Positions 48,141 through 57,744 of a stretch of DNA of 64,000 nt are shown here, in pieces; within the stretch, counting starts at the first letter, position 1, and every line of letters begins with the position of its first letter. The notes beneath the pieces are model-generated. The model saw only the letters and a list, made by a program, of their open reading frames with translations. It had not been told where the DNA came from and did no database searches. A program made the translations under genes and the position numbers. This DNA is from Gammaproteobacteria bacterium (GTDB lineage Bacteria > Pseudomonadota > Gammaproteobacteria > Steroidobacterales > Woeseiaceae), in contig JAOTUB010000001.1 in NCBI GenBank assembly GCA_029864095.1, positions 19,082 to 83,081 on the forward strand. The letters are read 5' to 3'.

Positions 48141-49493
48141 CTACTGCTGCTTAGTGGATTCGATCATCCTGTTCATCAGGGTGGTGTAACCACCGTTAAT
48201 GGAGCCAACCGCGTAGCGGCGGTTGTTGGTGTGCCAACCATCATGAATCAGCGCATAGTCATCCGGCTGGTAAGATGTAATTGCCTTAACACCCTCTACA
48301 TGAGTGTATTCGTCCGGAATACGAACCTGGTTTGAGACCAGTGTATGTTCGACCAGGGAATGCTCCTGCATGTAAACGCCGATCGAGTTGAACAGCTCTC
48401 CCGCGGTGCCCACCAACGCGATGTTACCGATGCGCAGCATTCTCAACTGGATGCGTACGTCCTGCTGGCCTTCGGTATACGGCGGGAGCGTGCCGTCGCC
48501 CGTGGCGTAGCTGATCCGCGCCTCGCTGGTGACGGTTTGAATATTTGACAGAGCTGTCAATACATCAGCGAACTGTATCTTGCCGTAGAACTCCACAAGC
48601 TCGACAACTGCACGACCCATCATCTGGATTTCCTGCTCGCCAGTTTCCGGGTTCGGCGTGAAGTACTCGTTGGAAATGATGGGATTCTGATCGCCCGCTG
48701 CTCCCGGGATCCAATTGGCCACTGCTCCCTCGAATTTGGCTTCCAGATGTCCGGAAACAGCGCCGGCTATGTCGGCGCTGACGCCGTTGTCGTTGCCGTC
48801 GAACCTGTTGGCATACATGGTGGTGTTGTGCACGGCGTAGTGCACGATGAACGCTATCGGTTTGCCTTGCAGGTCGCTAAAGCGGATGACCGACAATGTC
48901 TTGTCGGACGGGCCCGTAGGATTGTAACCCTGAGCACCTTTGGTCGTGCCATCTTCGAGTTCGTAAAATCGCTGACGGTTGGTATTGATGTAGCTCTCGG
49001 AGTAGCCAATACCCACAGTGGCAGGTCTCATTTTGGCAATCGCCTCATCGGCGGCCGCGATCATCTGCTCATAGACGTACTTGTTGTAGAGTTCTGTGGC
49101 GGGTACGTTCGGATCGATTTTGGTGGTTGGTGATGAGTGGCCGTGGGTACCGCCGTAATAAATCGCATCGGTCGGCACTCCGGTGTGCCGTGAAAGCCCT
49201 GGCAGGAAGGTTTCCGGCGACGGCGCGTCGCCTGCTTCGAAGGTGACTACGAGAGCTGGAGTTTCGCCATTGCCGACAGCTATCACCCGCACATGAATGG
49301 GATCGATCACTCCCACCAATTGGCCCAATTGGATTCGTGACGTTCCGGAGAGGGGAAACCACTCCTGCATTGGCGTAGTGTCACGAACCGCGGCGCCAAC
49401 AAACAGCTGCTGCTCCGCCGCATGCGCCATCGCGTTGGGGATCGCCACGATCACGATCAAACAGGCTGCTCGGATCGTCTGGATTTTTCTCAT
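48141..49493 (-). CDS. Secreted ceramidase-N-domain family hydrolase (divergent paralog 4)
   Basis: ATG 49493 gives the signal MRKIQTIRAACLIVIVAIPNAMAHA. Motifs GAAVRDTTP, IHVRVIAVGNGE, GGTHGHSS, YAVHNTTM, GAAGDQNP. The track ORF start (49637) adds 48 non-signal residues. Confidence 0.75.
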   Translation of the reverse strand: MRKIQTIRAACLIVIVAIPNAMAHAAEQQLFVGAAVRDTTPMQEWFPLSGTSRIQLGQLVGVIDPIHVRVIAVGNGETPALVVTFEAGDAPSPETFLPGLSRHTGVPTDAIYYGGTHGHSSPTTKIDPNVPATELYNKYVYEQMIAAADEAIAKMRPATVGIGYSESYINTNRQRFYELEDGTTKGAQGYNPTGPSDKTLSVIRFSDLQGKPIAFIVHYAVHNTTMYANRFDGNDNGVSADIAGAVSGHLEAKFEGAVANWIPGAAGDQNPIISNEYFTPNPETGEQEIQMMGRAVVELVEFYGKIQFADVLTALSNIQTVTSEARISYATGDGTLPPYTEGQQDVRIQLRMLRIGNIALVGTAGELFNSIGVYMQEHSLVEHTLVSNQVRIPDEYTHVEGVKAITSYQPDDYALIHDGWHTNNRRYAVGSINGGYTTLMNRMIESTKQQ

Positions 49494-49662
49494 GATTCGC
49501 GTCTCATCTGGACAAATTGCTATTTGGCGGGCATCCATTGTGAATCGCTTGCTCGTAATAGGCTGCTGTGCGTTCGGTGTTGCCTGTTGCACGACAGGCG
49601 TTGCCCCTGACTCGAGGGAGCATCGGCCGAAAATCACTCACGCTGCCGGACAGTAGTGCCGG

Positions 49663-50844
49663 TCACTCGGACGACGCCGTGTCCTCCAAATGCTGCCATA
49701 ACTGCGGAAGAAAACGAGCGTGAAGTTGATGCCTCCATGTGATCCACTCATGTCCGGCCCCACCGACATAATACTCGTGGTCGATGTTGTGCTCTTCTAG
49801 AGTATTGTGTAAGCGTTCTCCGTATCGCTCTGCCGGCTCAAGAGTACCCAGCCCGGTAAACAACAAATCGATTTTGTCATTTGTTGCGGGGTCGGCCAGG
49901 AACTCTTCGAAAGACTCGTCAGACTCAACGCGTCCTGCGCTGAAAAGCCCGAAAGAACCAAAGGTATCCAAATTCCGGAAACCGATATGCCGCGACTGGC
50001 GACCTCCCATTGATAATCCCGCTAACGCCCTGCCCCTCGGACTTTTTATCGTATTGTATTTGAACTCCACCAGCGGAAGAATGTGCTGAAATATTTCTTT
50101 TGAAGTCAGATCAAAAGTGTATTTAACATGATCCGGTGTATTGCGATGCAATAGCTGGTTGTTAGGGAATACAATAATTGTCGGTTTGGCTTTGCCTTCT
50201 GCAAGAAGGTTATCCATTATGAAGTTCGCTCTACCGTCATCTAGCCATCCTGATGCAAGTTCGCCGCTGCCGCCCATCAGAATCAGCATCGGATATGCAA
50301 CATTCGGATCATATCCCGGTGGCGTATAGACGAATAATTCACGTTCACCGTTCGTAACTTCTGAGCTATAGATGTGGCGCGTTACTGTTCCGTGAGGAAC
50401 GGGTTTCGCATCGTAATAGCTCGGACCGTCCCCGTGCACGGTTACCATACTTTTAGCCGGTTGCAGGCCAAAGAGAATGAACGAATTATCATGGTCCGCA
50501 ACTATCGCGCCATCAATATTCAACCGGTAGTAGTAGATGTCTGGGTCGTAAGGGCCCGCAGTAACTTCCCAGATGCCATCGTTATTCTTGGCCATTGGTA
50601 TTGGATCTGATGAAGAAAACGGGAAGCCAATGACGCTAACACTGGCTGCTTTCGGCGCGACCAGTTTGAAAGTAACGGTTTTGTCATCGTTGACAACCGG
50701 CGTAATCGTTCCTGTTCCATAACGCAACGGAAGATTTTCCGTATTCTTGTGCGGCGCCCAGTCAAGATTGACCTGCGCCTGCTGGGCAAAGACGAGCCCG
50801 GCCAAGAATAAGAAAACAATTGCGAATATTAGTCGTTGCATCAA
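49663..50844 (-). CDS. Secreted esterase with N-terminal Ig-like domain (paralog of 14517..15737)
   Basis: Signal MMQRLIFAIVFLFLAGLVFAQQ. N-domain TVTFKLVAPKAASVSVIG. Motifs PMLILMGGSGELASGW, GLSMGG, GAGHEW. Noticeably more AT-rich than its neighbours. Confidence 0.85.
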   Translation of the reverse strand: MMQRLIFAIVFLFLAGLVFAQQAQVNLDWAPHKNTENLPLRYGTGTITPVVNDDKTVTFKLVAPKAASVSVIGFPFSSSDPIPMAKNNDGIWEVTAGPYDPDIYYYRLNIDGAIVADHDNSFILFGLQPAKSMVTVHGDGPSYYDAKPVPHGTVTRHIYSSEVTNGERELFVYTPPGYDPNVAYPMLILMGGSGELASGWLDDGRANFIMDNLLAEGKAKPTIIVFPNNQLLHRNTPDHVKYTFDLTSKEIFQHILPLVEFKYNTIKSPRGRALAGLSMGGRQSRHIGFRNLDTFGSFGLFSAGRVESDESFEEFLADPATNDKIDLLFTGLGTLEPAERYGERLHNTLEEHNIDHEYYVGGAGHEWITWRHQLHARFLPQLWQHLEDTASSE

Positions 50845-50865
50845 TTCCTCCTCGAATCTCTGGCT

Positions 50866-52269
50866 CTACTGCATGGACAGAAGCCGACGCACGATGCCGT
50901 CGTACTTATTGATAAGATAGATCTCGCCGCTGGGCCCCGCACCAACGCGCATATCGGTGCGCAAGGGTGGCTCCTTTTCGCGGGCGACGTATTTCTCCTG
51001 CACGAGCTGCAGCAGGGTCTTGGGTTCTCCGCTACCGTCATCAAACAGGACGCGACGAATGGCGGCCTGACCCCCATTGGGCCGATTGTCTGCATCAACG
51101 TAAAACAGCTCACCGAGCGCGAGCTCGCCGAAAAGAATCAGGTCTTGCAGTTCGGGAATGGCGTCACCCCGCACAACCTGTAGTCCGGTGACAGCCACTG
51201 AGCGGATGAAGAGCGAATCGGTATGATCATATTCGACGAAGGGATATCGAACATCAGCATCACTTCGGACATCGTCCGCGTCGACACCAATGGCGCTGAG
51301 ATAGCGGAAGCTGCCCTCCCAGTCACTCCAGCCCAGATTGTCACCGGCCGCCACCAGGCTGACTTCCTCCACCGTGCCTTGGCCGATATCCGAGGTCATC
51401 ATGTCACCGCTGTCGCCATCCCAGGCAAACTGCTGGGGGTTGCGCAATCCGTAGGCATAGATTTCCGGCAACGCCCCGGCCTGTCCGACGAAAGGGTTGT
51501 CCCTTGGAATGCCATATTCCCCGTTGCGACCGTTGTCACCCAGGGGATCAATGCGAAGGATCTTGCCGAACGCGCTTCCCATGTCCTGGCCGAGTTTCAG
51601 GGGATCACCGCCGGAGCCACCGTCGCCGACGCCCACGTACAGCTTGCCGAAGTCAGCATCTGAGGGTTTGGCAACCGGATTAAATGCAATGGCGCCGCCG
51701 TTGTGATTGCGAAATGGCTGCTCCAGCCGAATAAGCTCCCGTGGTGCCCCGCCATCGTATTGATCGGCGTCCACAGCCTTCGCTGTCCACTCGACCAGCA
51801 GGAGATGGTGGCTTGGCGCGTCGCTATCGGTCGAAAAATCAGCCGCCTTCTGAGTATTTGTACTATCAAGCCATGTGTAGAACTTGCCGTAACCTGGCGT
51901 CGCCCGCTGGGCGAACTGCGGATGGAAGGCAAAGCTCTCCAGTCCCTCCTCACGCCAGGACGCGTCGATCGCGACCCCCCATTTGGCATCTGCCATATCC
52001 AGATACGGTGTCGCCGAACCCTCCTCGTCGATGCGATAAATAATGCCCGCCATGTCGCCGACCAGAAGCTGGCCTGAACCGGGTTCGACGATCACCGTCC
52101 GCATCTGGGCTGGCGCGCCGCCGATATCCGGCAGGGTCGAAAATTCCTCAATTCCGACAACAATTACGTCTTGTTCGACCTCGATGGGTTTGGGGAAAGG
52201 GTCGCGAGTCTCGGCGAGAACAGCTAACGACCAGCCCAGCAAGGCCAGGCAAGTTGGAAGGGAATTCAC
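50866..52269 (-). CDS. PQQ-dependent sugar dehydrogenase (soluble aldose/sorbosone dehydrogenase family)
   Basis: Signal MNSLPTCLALLGWSLAVLA. Family motifs PFRNHNGGAIAFNP, GVGDGGSGGDP, YAYGLRNPQQFAWD. The stop lies 21 nt before the esterase start. Confidence 0.8.
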   Translation of the reverse strand: MNSLPTCLALLGWSLAVLAETRDPFPKPIEVEQDVIVVGIEEFSTLPDIGGAPAQMRTVIVEPGSGQLLVGDMAGIIYRIDEEGSATPYLDMADAKWGVAIDASWREEGLESFAFHPQFAQRATPGYGKFYTWLDSTNTQKAADFSTDSDAPSHHLLLVEWTAKAVDADQYDGGAPRELIRLEQPFRNHNGGAIAFNPVAKPSDADFGKLYVGVGDGGSGGDPLKLGQDMGSAFGKILRIDPLGDNGRNGEYGIPRDNPFVGQAGALPEIYAYGLRNPQQFAWDGDSGDMMTSDIGQGTVEEVSLVAAGDNLGWSDWEGSFRYLSAIGVDADDVRSDADVRYPFVEYDHTDSLFIRSVAVTGLQVVRGDAIPELQDLILFGELALGELFYVDADNRPNGGQAAIRRVLFDDGSGEPKTLLQLVQEKYVAREKEPPLRTDMRVGAGPSGEIYLINKYDGIVRRLLSMQ

Positions 52270-52484
52270 GTTAAGCAGCTCCTACGATTAGTTTTCCGGT
52301 TTCTTTTCGACTGACCGCGAATACCAGCAGGCTAGCGCCGAGGAGAATTGGCCGCGCAGTTTGTCTCCATATAATATACAGTTATCCTGTGTGTCATCGT
52401 CAAAATAATTATCGTCCCTGTTGTTCCTTCGACTGCCGGGGTCCGATGCAAATGAACAAAAAATCAATAAGGAAACAGCAAGTT

Positions 52485-54437
52485 ATGAAGACAGCAACAG
52501 TTAAGCCAATGATTCTACTAACGCTGACCTCCTGTCTCCTGTTACTCGGCTGCGGACCGGCTGATCAGCCCCAGCCGAATTCGGATGCGCCGCCATGGTA
52601 CGCCGTTAACGAGAGCCTGATAGAGCAGCACAACGTAACCGTCCGTACACGTGACGACATTACGCCAACAGGAATTCAGTCCAATATTGGAGAGGGCAAG
52701 GTCTCGAACATTGCGGACTTAGCGGCTATCGAACTCGCTCCGGGCGTATCCGCGAAGGCCTACTGGGGGTCCGGTAACCTCATGAGCTTCATTACCCTCG
52801 AGCCCAATGCGGCGATCCCGGCCTACACCATCGAAGGCGAGCGGTTCATGTTTGTCCTTAATGGTGACGTCCAGGAAAGCGCCGACGGTGAACTCGTGAC
52901 CCTGCAGGGCGTGGAAAGGGAGTCGCCGAACGGTGTAAGCGCCCGTATGCCCAAGAAGGAGTTTATCTATCTCGAAGATGGCGCCACGAGTAACATTACG
53001 GCCGGGCCCGAGGGGGCCAGAATCCTGAATATCTATGCGCCGATACCCTCGTTCTATCTCGAACAGGCAGGGGCGTCTGATACGCACGTTGATATGGATC
53101 TCCACGCGTTCCCCCTGGATCCGAACGTCGAGGCAGGCAAAATCTACGATCTTTATGATTTCCAGTACACGGAGCTCGTGCCGGGCGCCAACTCGCGGCT
53201 CATTTCAGGACGGGGAGCGCAGATGAGCTTCCTCAGAATGGACCCCGGTATCGAGTTCGCCTACCACAACCACCCGGAAGAGCAGGTAATGATCGGCCTG
53301 CGCGGCTGGATTGATGAATATATCCTGGACGGTATCGTCCGTATGCATACAGGGGCTATGGTGAATTTTCCCGCCGGGATGGTCCACGGTGGCAAGTTGG
53401 GCCCCTACGGGTCAGACGCACTTGACGTCTTTTTCCCGCCCCGCACTGACTACTGGGCCTCCATGGAGAAGAGGTTGGCGGGATACCACGCCATTATTCC
53501 GCAAGATGCCGAAGTCCAGCTGCTGGCCGATGGCGCTGTTTCAGGGCCCGGTCTTAATTTTACGGAGGGACCCGCCTGGATAAACGGGAAGCTCTACTTT
53601 TCCAATATGTATTTCGATGCGGACTTCAACGGAGATCCCTCACGCAGCGCCGTCGTTGAAATGGACCCGGACGGCAGCTACCGCTATATCAACGACGGTC
53701 AAATGCAGACGAACGGAATCATTCCCGCCGCCGACGGAAATCTGATTGTCGCCGACATGTTCGGCAACCGTGTGATCGAAATGACTACGTCCGGCAAGGT
53801 AGTCCGCACGCTGGCCGACAGTTTCGACGGTACATCGATTGACGGTCCTAACGATTTGGTGATGGATTCGAAGGGCGGCATTTATTTTACAGATCCGCAG
53901 TTCACTCCGGATGCAGAAAAACACCAGCCCGGTCGAACGGTCTATTATCTCAATCCTGAAGGAGAGGTTATCCGGGTCCTGCCCTATGATGAATTCGCCA
54001 TGCCGAACGGGGTTATTCTGAGCCCGGATGGCAACACCCTCTACATCAACAACACCTACGACAGAGAAGACTGGTGGAACGTGGCCAGCGGCAAGGACAA
54101 CTTTGTCTGGGCATACGACGTAGCGAGTGACGGCACTATCGGCAACGGCCGGCAGTTTGCAGAGCTGAAACTTATCGGCGAAGTCCTTGACCGGGAGGGG
54201 AGATCGTCAGGCGCCGATGGCATGGCCATCGATACCGACGGGAATCTCTATGTCGCCAGCTATGCGGGCCTGCAGATCTTCGATTCCGAGGGGGTATTTG
54301 TCGGCATGGTCAATATGCCGGTCGTTCCGGTGAGCGTCACCTTCGGCGGAGCTGACAACGACACGCTGTATGTCACGGCCTACGACAAGATCTACAGCGT
54401 CAGAACAAACAAGATTGGGTTTCAGCTGCCGAACTAA
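52485..54437 (+). CDS. Lipoprotein fusing a bicupin to an SMP-30/gluconolactonase/LRE-like six-bladed propeller
   Basis: ATG 52485 preceded by AAGGAAA. Lipobox MKTATVKPMILLTLTSCLLLLGC. The second cupin has the metal motifs FAYHNHPEEQVMIGLRG and FPAGMVHGG. Lactonase blades: NFTEGPAWINGKLYFSN, PNDLVMDSKGGIYFTDP, PNGVILSPDGNTLYINN, ADGMAIDTDGNLYVAS. Confidence 0.8.
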   Translation: MKTATVKPMILLTLTSCLLLLGCGPADQPQPNSDAPPWYAVNESLIEQHNVTVRTRDDITPTGIQSNIGEGKVSNIADLAAIELAPGVSAKAYWGSGNLMSFITLEPNAAIPAYTIEGERFMFVLNGDVQESADGELVTLQGVERESPNGVSARMPKKEFIYLEDGATSNITAGPEGARILNIYAPIPSFYLEQAGASDTHVDMDLHAFPLDPNVEAGKIYDLYDFQYTELVPGANSRLISGRGAQMSFLRMDPGIEFAYHNHPEEQVMIGLRGWIDEYILDGIVRMHTGAMVNFPAGMVHGGKLGPYGSDALDVFFPPRTDYWASMEKRLAGYHAIIPQDAEVQLLADGAVSGPGLNFTEGPAWINGKLYFSNMYFDADFNGDPSRSAVVEMDPDGSYRYINDGQMQTNGIIPAADGNLIVADMFGNRVIEMTTSGKVVRTLADSFDGTSIDGPNDLVMDSKGGIYFTDPQFTPDAEKHQPGRTVYYLNPEGEVIRVLPYDEFAMPNGVILSPDGNTLYINNTYDREDWWNVASGKDNFVWAYDVASDGTIGNGRQFAELKLIGEVLDREGRSSGADGMAIDTDGNLYVASYAGLQIFDSEGVFVGMVNMPVVPVSVTFGGADNDTLYVTAYDKIYSVRTNKIGFQLPN

Positions 54438-54467
54438 TCGTACCGGCCAGCTTTTTCATTCAACCAC

Positions 54468-54491
54468 GAGAGCCCCGGGTTCAGGGCTCTC
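54468..54491. terminator. Hairpin between convergent genes (possible bidirectional terminator)
   Basis: 8-bp stem GAGAGCCC / GGGCTCTC (54468..54475, 54484..54491) with an 8-nt loop. Overlaps the stop codon of the minus-strand permease. No clear T-run. Confidence 0.4.
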
Positions 54492-56253
54492 GGCTATTCC
54501 AGATGGCCACAATCGCGCCGAGAACGATTGCTGTGGCGATGAGCGAGCCTGCGTTGAATGCGCCGATGGACCCCAACCACAGCAGAGAATAGCCAATTGA
54601 ACCGGTAAAAAGAGCGTAGTAAACAAACGGAAAAAAGGTGCGCCGAATAACCAGGCCCTCGCGGCCAAGCATGCCGACCACCGCGGACGCCGCCACAACG
54701 TTGTGTACGCATATCATGTTGCCGGCCGCACCGCCCACCGCCTGCAACGCCACAACCCAGGTGGGATCAACACCAATGCGTTCGCCAACGCCGAACTGGA
54801 ATGATGAGAACATCATGTTGCTCACCGTATTACTGCCAGCAACAAACGCGCCGAGCCCGCCGATAAAGGTTGCGAATAATGGCCAGGCACTTCCTGCCAG
54901 TGCAGCAACGCCATCTGCGAGTTCGATTGGCATGCGATCGTATCCAGCAGCACCACCGTTAGAATTTATGAACACCTGCACCATCGGTACTGTGAAAATT
55001 AAAGCCGTCGACGCCTGCATCGCAGCCTTGCCCGATTTACTCAACGCCCGGCCAATTGCCGGTCGATCCATGCGGTGAATAAAGTAAGTGAATATCACGG
55101 CTACAAGAAACACTGTTCCCGGCAAATAAAGTGGTGCTACGTTAACTGCAATATTTGTTCCGAATAATTCGGGAATACGAATCGCCGCCCCCTGCATAAA
55201 GAATTTGAATGGCAATACGTCAAGCCGCGTGATCACCAGTAACACAGCAACAACAATGTAGGGTGACCATGCGGAGAGCATGGTGACATTTCGGTTTGCG
55301 ATTTCATCTGCTCTGATCTCAATCGTGCCGGACCAGTCAGGTAACCATCGTGATTTCTCTTCAAAGTGCCATTCATCTTTCGGTGTCAAAAATTTATTGC
55401 GCGCCGCTGTAATGACAATCGCGAGTCCCGTCAGGCCGCCCAGTATTGACGGAAACTCCGGGCCGAGGAAAACCGCCGCAAGAAAGTACGGCACTGTCAT
55501 CGCAAAGGCAGCAAACATGGCAAACTTCCATGCGCGTAATCCTTCGGCAAACGAACGATTAGCGCCAAACAAACCGGTCATCATGCTAACAACGATAAGC
55601 GGTACGAAAGTTCCGGCCAGCGCGTGCAGGAACGCAACTTTGATCGCGATTGAATCAAGTAATGCGGAAAAACTCGCAAAATCCGTAGTAGTGAGAAAAT
55701 GCTGAACCGATGCATCGTTGGATAAACCTGTACCGACGCCGACCAGGATCGGGGTGCCCGCCGCACCAAAAGAAACCGGCGAACTCTGAATGATCATTCC
55801 CGCAATCACAGCGGCCATTGCAGGAAAACCAAGACCCGCGAGGAGTGGCACCGCGACGGCTGCTGGCGTTCCAAACCCTGCTGAACCCTCGATAAATGAG
55901 CCGAAAAGCCATGCGATTATGATGACCTGGACTCGCCGATCGGCAGAAATATCAGCAAATCCCGCACGAATGGCATACAGCCCTCCGCTCTCCTGAAGCG
56001 TATTCAGGAGAGCGATTGCGCCGAAGATTATAAAGATGAGTGTGGCGGCAACGACGATACCGTTCACTGAGGCCGCGGCAACAACCGCAATGGGAACTTG
56101 CCAGACAAACAATGCGAGCAAAGCACAGACAAGGTAGGCAATCGGCATTGCCCGGCTTGCGGGCCAGCGCAGCGCGACCAGGAAAACTGCAACAGAGGCA
56201 ATCGGGAGAAGGGAAATGAGCGCGAGCATGCTGTTGCTCATTGGCGTAAGCAT
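54481..56253 (-). CDS. L-lactate/glycolate permease (LctP) family transporter
   Basis: 590-aa polytopic ORF. The N-terminus [33 protein letters not shown] and overall length and hydrophobicity fit LctP-family permeases. The start could be 56241. Confidence 0.8.
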   Translation of the reverse strand: MLTPMSNSMLALISLLPIASVAVFLVALRWPASRAMPIAYLVCALLALFVWQVPIAVVAAASVNGIVVAATLIFIIFGAIALLNTLQESGGLYAIRAGFADISADRRVQVIIIAWLFGSFIEGSAGFGTPAAVAVPLLAGLGFPAMAAVIAGMIIQSSPVSFGAAGTPILVGVGTGLSNDASVQHFLTTTDFASFSALLDSIAIKVAFLHALAGTFVPLIVVSMMTGLFGANRSFAEGLRAWKFAMFAAFAMTVPYFLAAVFLGPEFPSILGGLTGLAIVITAARNKFLTPKDEWHFEEKSRWLPDWSGTIEIRADEIANRNVTMLSAWSPYIVVAVLLVITRLDVLPFKFFMQGAAIRIPELFGTNIAVNVAPLYLPGTVFLVAVIFTYFIHRMDRPAIGRALSKSGKAAMQASTALIFTVPMVQVFINSNGGAAGYDRMPIELADGVAALAGSAWPLFATFIGGLGAFVAGSNTVSNMMFSSFQFGVGERIGVDPTWVVALQAVGGAAGNMICVHNVVAASAVVGMLGREGLVIRRTFFPFVYYALFTGSIGYSLLWLGSIGAFNAGSLIATAIVLGAIVAIWNSREP

Positions 56254-56448
56254 ATCTGTACATCAGGCGTCATTGTCAATTTTCCGAATCAATTGGATTT
56301 TTGGCTTTGTGCCATATTTCCGGATGGATTAGCCACGCATCATTACCGGTTGCCGTGTCGCTCTGTGCGTTTTGTTCCTCGGGCCTCTCACCGCAAGCGC
56401 TCAGGGCAGCTAGTGTTATTGCGGCCACCAACAGACGGTGCATTGTGC

Positions 56449-57609
56449 TCACTTATCCTGTTGCTTCAACAGGCCACGCGATGACAGATTCAGCATCAGC
56501 GCCCCAAGACCGAAATTCCATGGCGGCGCGTCGGCGGAAGTGGTCACCCGATTCGTAAGGGTACCGAGCTTTTCAGACGAAATACGGACGATGTCGCCAA
56601 CTTTGTGTGTAAACCCACGTCCGGCCGCGTCCCGGTCCTGTGTCGGCGCAAACAGGGTGCCGAGAAAAATGACAAACCCGTCGGGATACTGATGTTCACT
56701 CATGGCCTGGTGCACGAGGTCGAGTGGGTCACGGCTGATTTCGGCCATGGAACTTGCACCCTGCAACCGAAACCCTCCCGGTCCGACCACTTCGAGCGCC
56801 ACGACTGCATTTCGCACATCGTCCATCGAGAACGAGTCATCAAAGACGCGGACAAACGGCCCGAGGCTGCACGATGCATTATTGTCCTTTGCTTTGCCCA
56901 ACAGCAGGGCACTCCGGCCTTCAAAATCCCGGAGATTGACATCATTTCCGAGGGTCGCACCCACGGGCATTCCCGCCTCATTGCATACGATGGCCACCTC
57001 GGGCTCGGGATTGTTCCATTCGGAATCCGAGCGCACTCCGATGTAGTCCCCCCAGCCGACCGACGACATGGGCGGTGCCTTGGTAAATATCTCGGCGTAC
57101 GGGCCGATTGCCACCTCGAGATACTGCGACCATAGCCCTTCGGCCAGAAACACCTCTTTGAGGGCTTGCGCCTCCCGCGAACCGGGTTTGACGGTCCGAA
57201 TTTCGGTACCGACCTTTTCCTCGAGCGCATTCCTGATTTCGTGTGCCCTGGCGGAATCTCCACGGGCGCGTTCCTCGATGACCCGCTCCACGGCAGACGT
57301 GGCAAACGTGACGCCCGCAGCCTTGACGCATTGCAGATCGACGGGCGCCAGCAGCCTCGGACCGATTTGATCTTCCCACGACGGCCGGAAATCAAAGCCG
57401 TGCAGATCACCAAGGTCGTCACCAGGGATCTCCGCGCCCCATGAATTCAAGAGCGCAGAAACGGTGGGTGAATCGCCCGAGACATCGGCAACGCGGCCTT
57501 GCCGTATCACGACCGGAGTAGGACCCGCGCCGAGGTCGAGACGCCCGACGAGCGTGGCATCTCGCCAGTCTGGCGGAAGAAAATCCTGCATCGGTTGTGC
57601 GTTAGTCAT
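56449..57609 (-). CDS. Fumarylacetoacetate hydrolase (FAH) family protein, long form (possible 2-keto-3-deoxy-sugar-acid dehydratase)
   Basis: 386 aa. FAH-fold C-terminal half (GATLGNDVNLRDFEGRSALLLGKAKDNNASCSLGPFV, FLGTLFAP). Size and context recall the FAH-fold 2-keto-3-deoxy-xylonate dehydratase of Caulobacter (from memory). Confidence 0.65.
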   Translation of the reverse strand: MTNAQPMQDFLPPDWRDATLVGRLDLGAGPTPVVIRQGRVADVSGDSPTVSALLNSWGAEIPGDDLGDLHGFDFRPSWEDQIGPRLLAPVDLQCVKAAGVTFATSAVERVIEERARGDSARAHEIRNALEEKVGTEIRTVKPGSREAQALKEVFLAEGLWSQYLEVAIGPYAEIFTKAPPMSSVGWGDYIGVRSDSEWNNPEPEVAIVCNEAGMPVGATLGNDVNLRDFEGRSALLLGKAKDNNASCSLGPFVRVFDDSFSMDDVRNAVVALEVVGPGGFRLQGASSMAEISRDPLDLVHQAMSEHQYPDGFVIFLGTLFAPTQDRDAAGRGFTHKVGDIVRISSEKLGTLTNRVTTSADAPPWNFGLGALMLNLSSRGLLKQQDK

Positions 57610-57744
57610 GACACATCACAGCGGTATTTCTCTTATAAGACAAGTATCCTCCCTTCAAGGTACGGATCTGACGGCTGATATCAATCCCCGTCGTTAGGCG
57701 GAGCAGGTCATATCGGAGAGTTTGTAATAACAAGGGGAACATCT

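Noticed and set aside
56275-56443. Small lipoprotein-like ORF between the FAH gene and the LctP permease. A quick reading gave MHRLLVAAITLAALSACGERPEE with a perfect lipobox.
   Set aside because: Careful re-translation shows the ATG frame reads MHRLLVAAITLAALKRLR-stop (18 codons). The lipobox appears only after a frame change, so there is no supportable gene, at most a decayed one.
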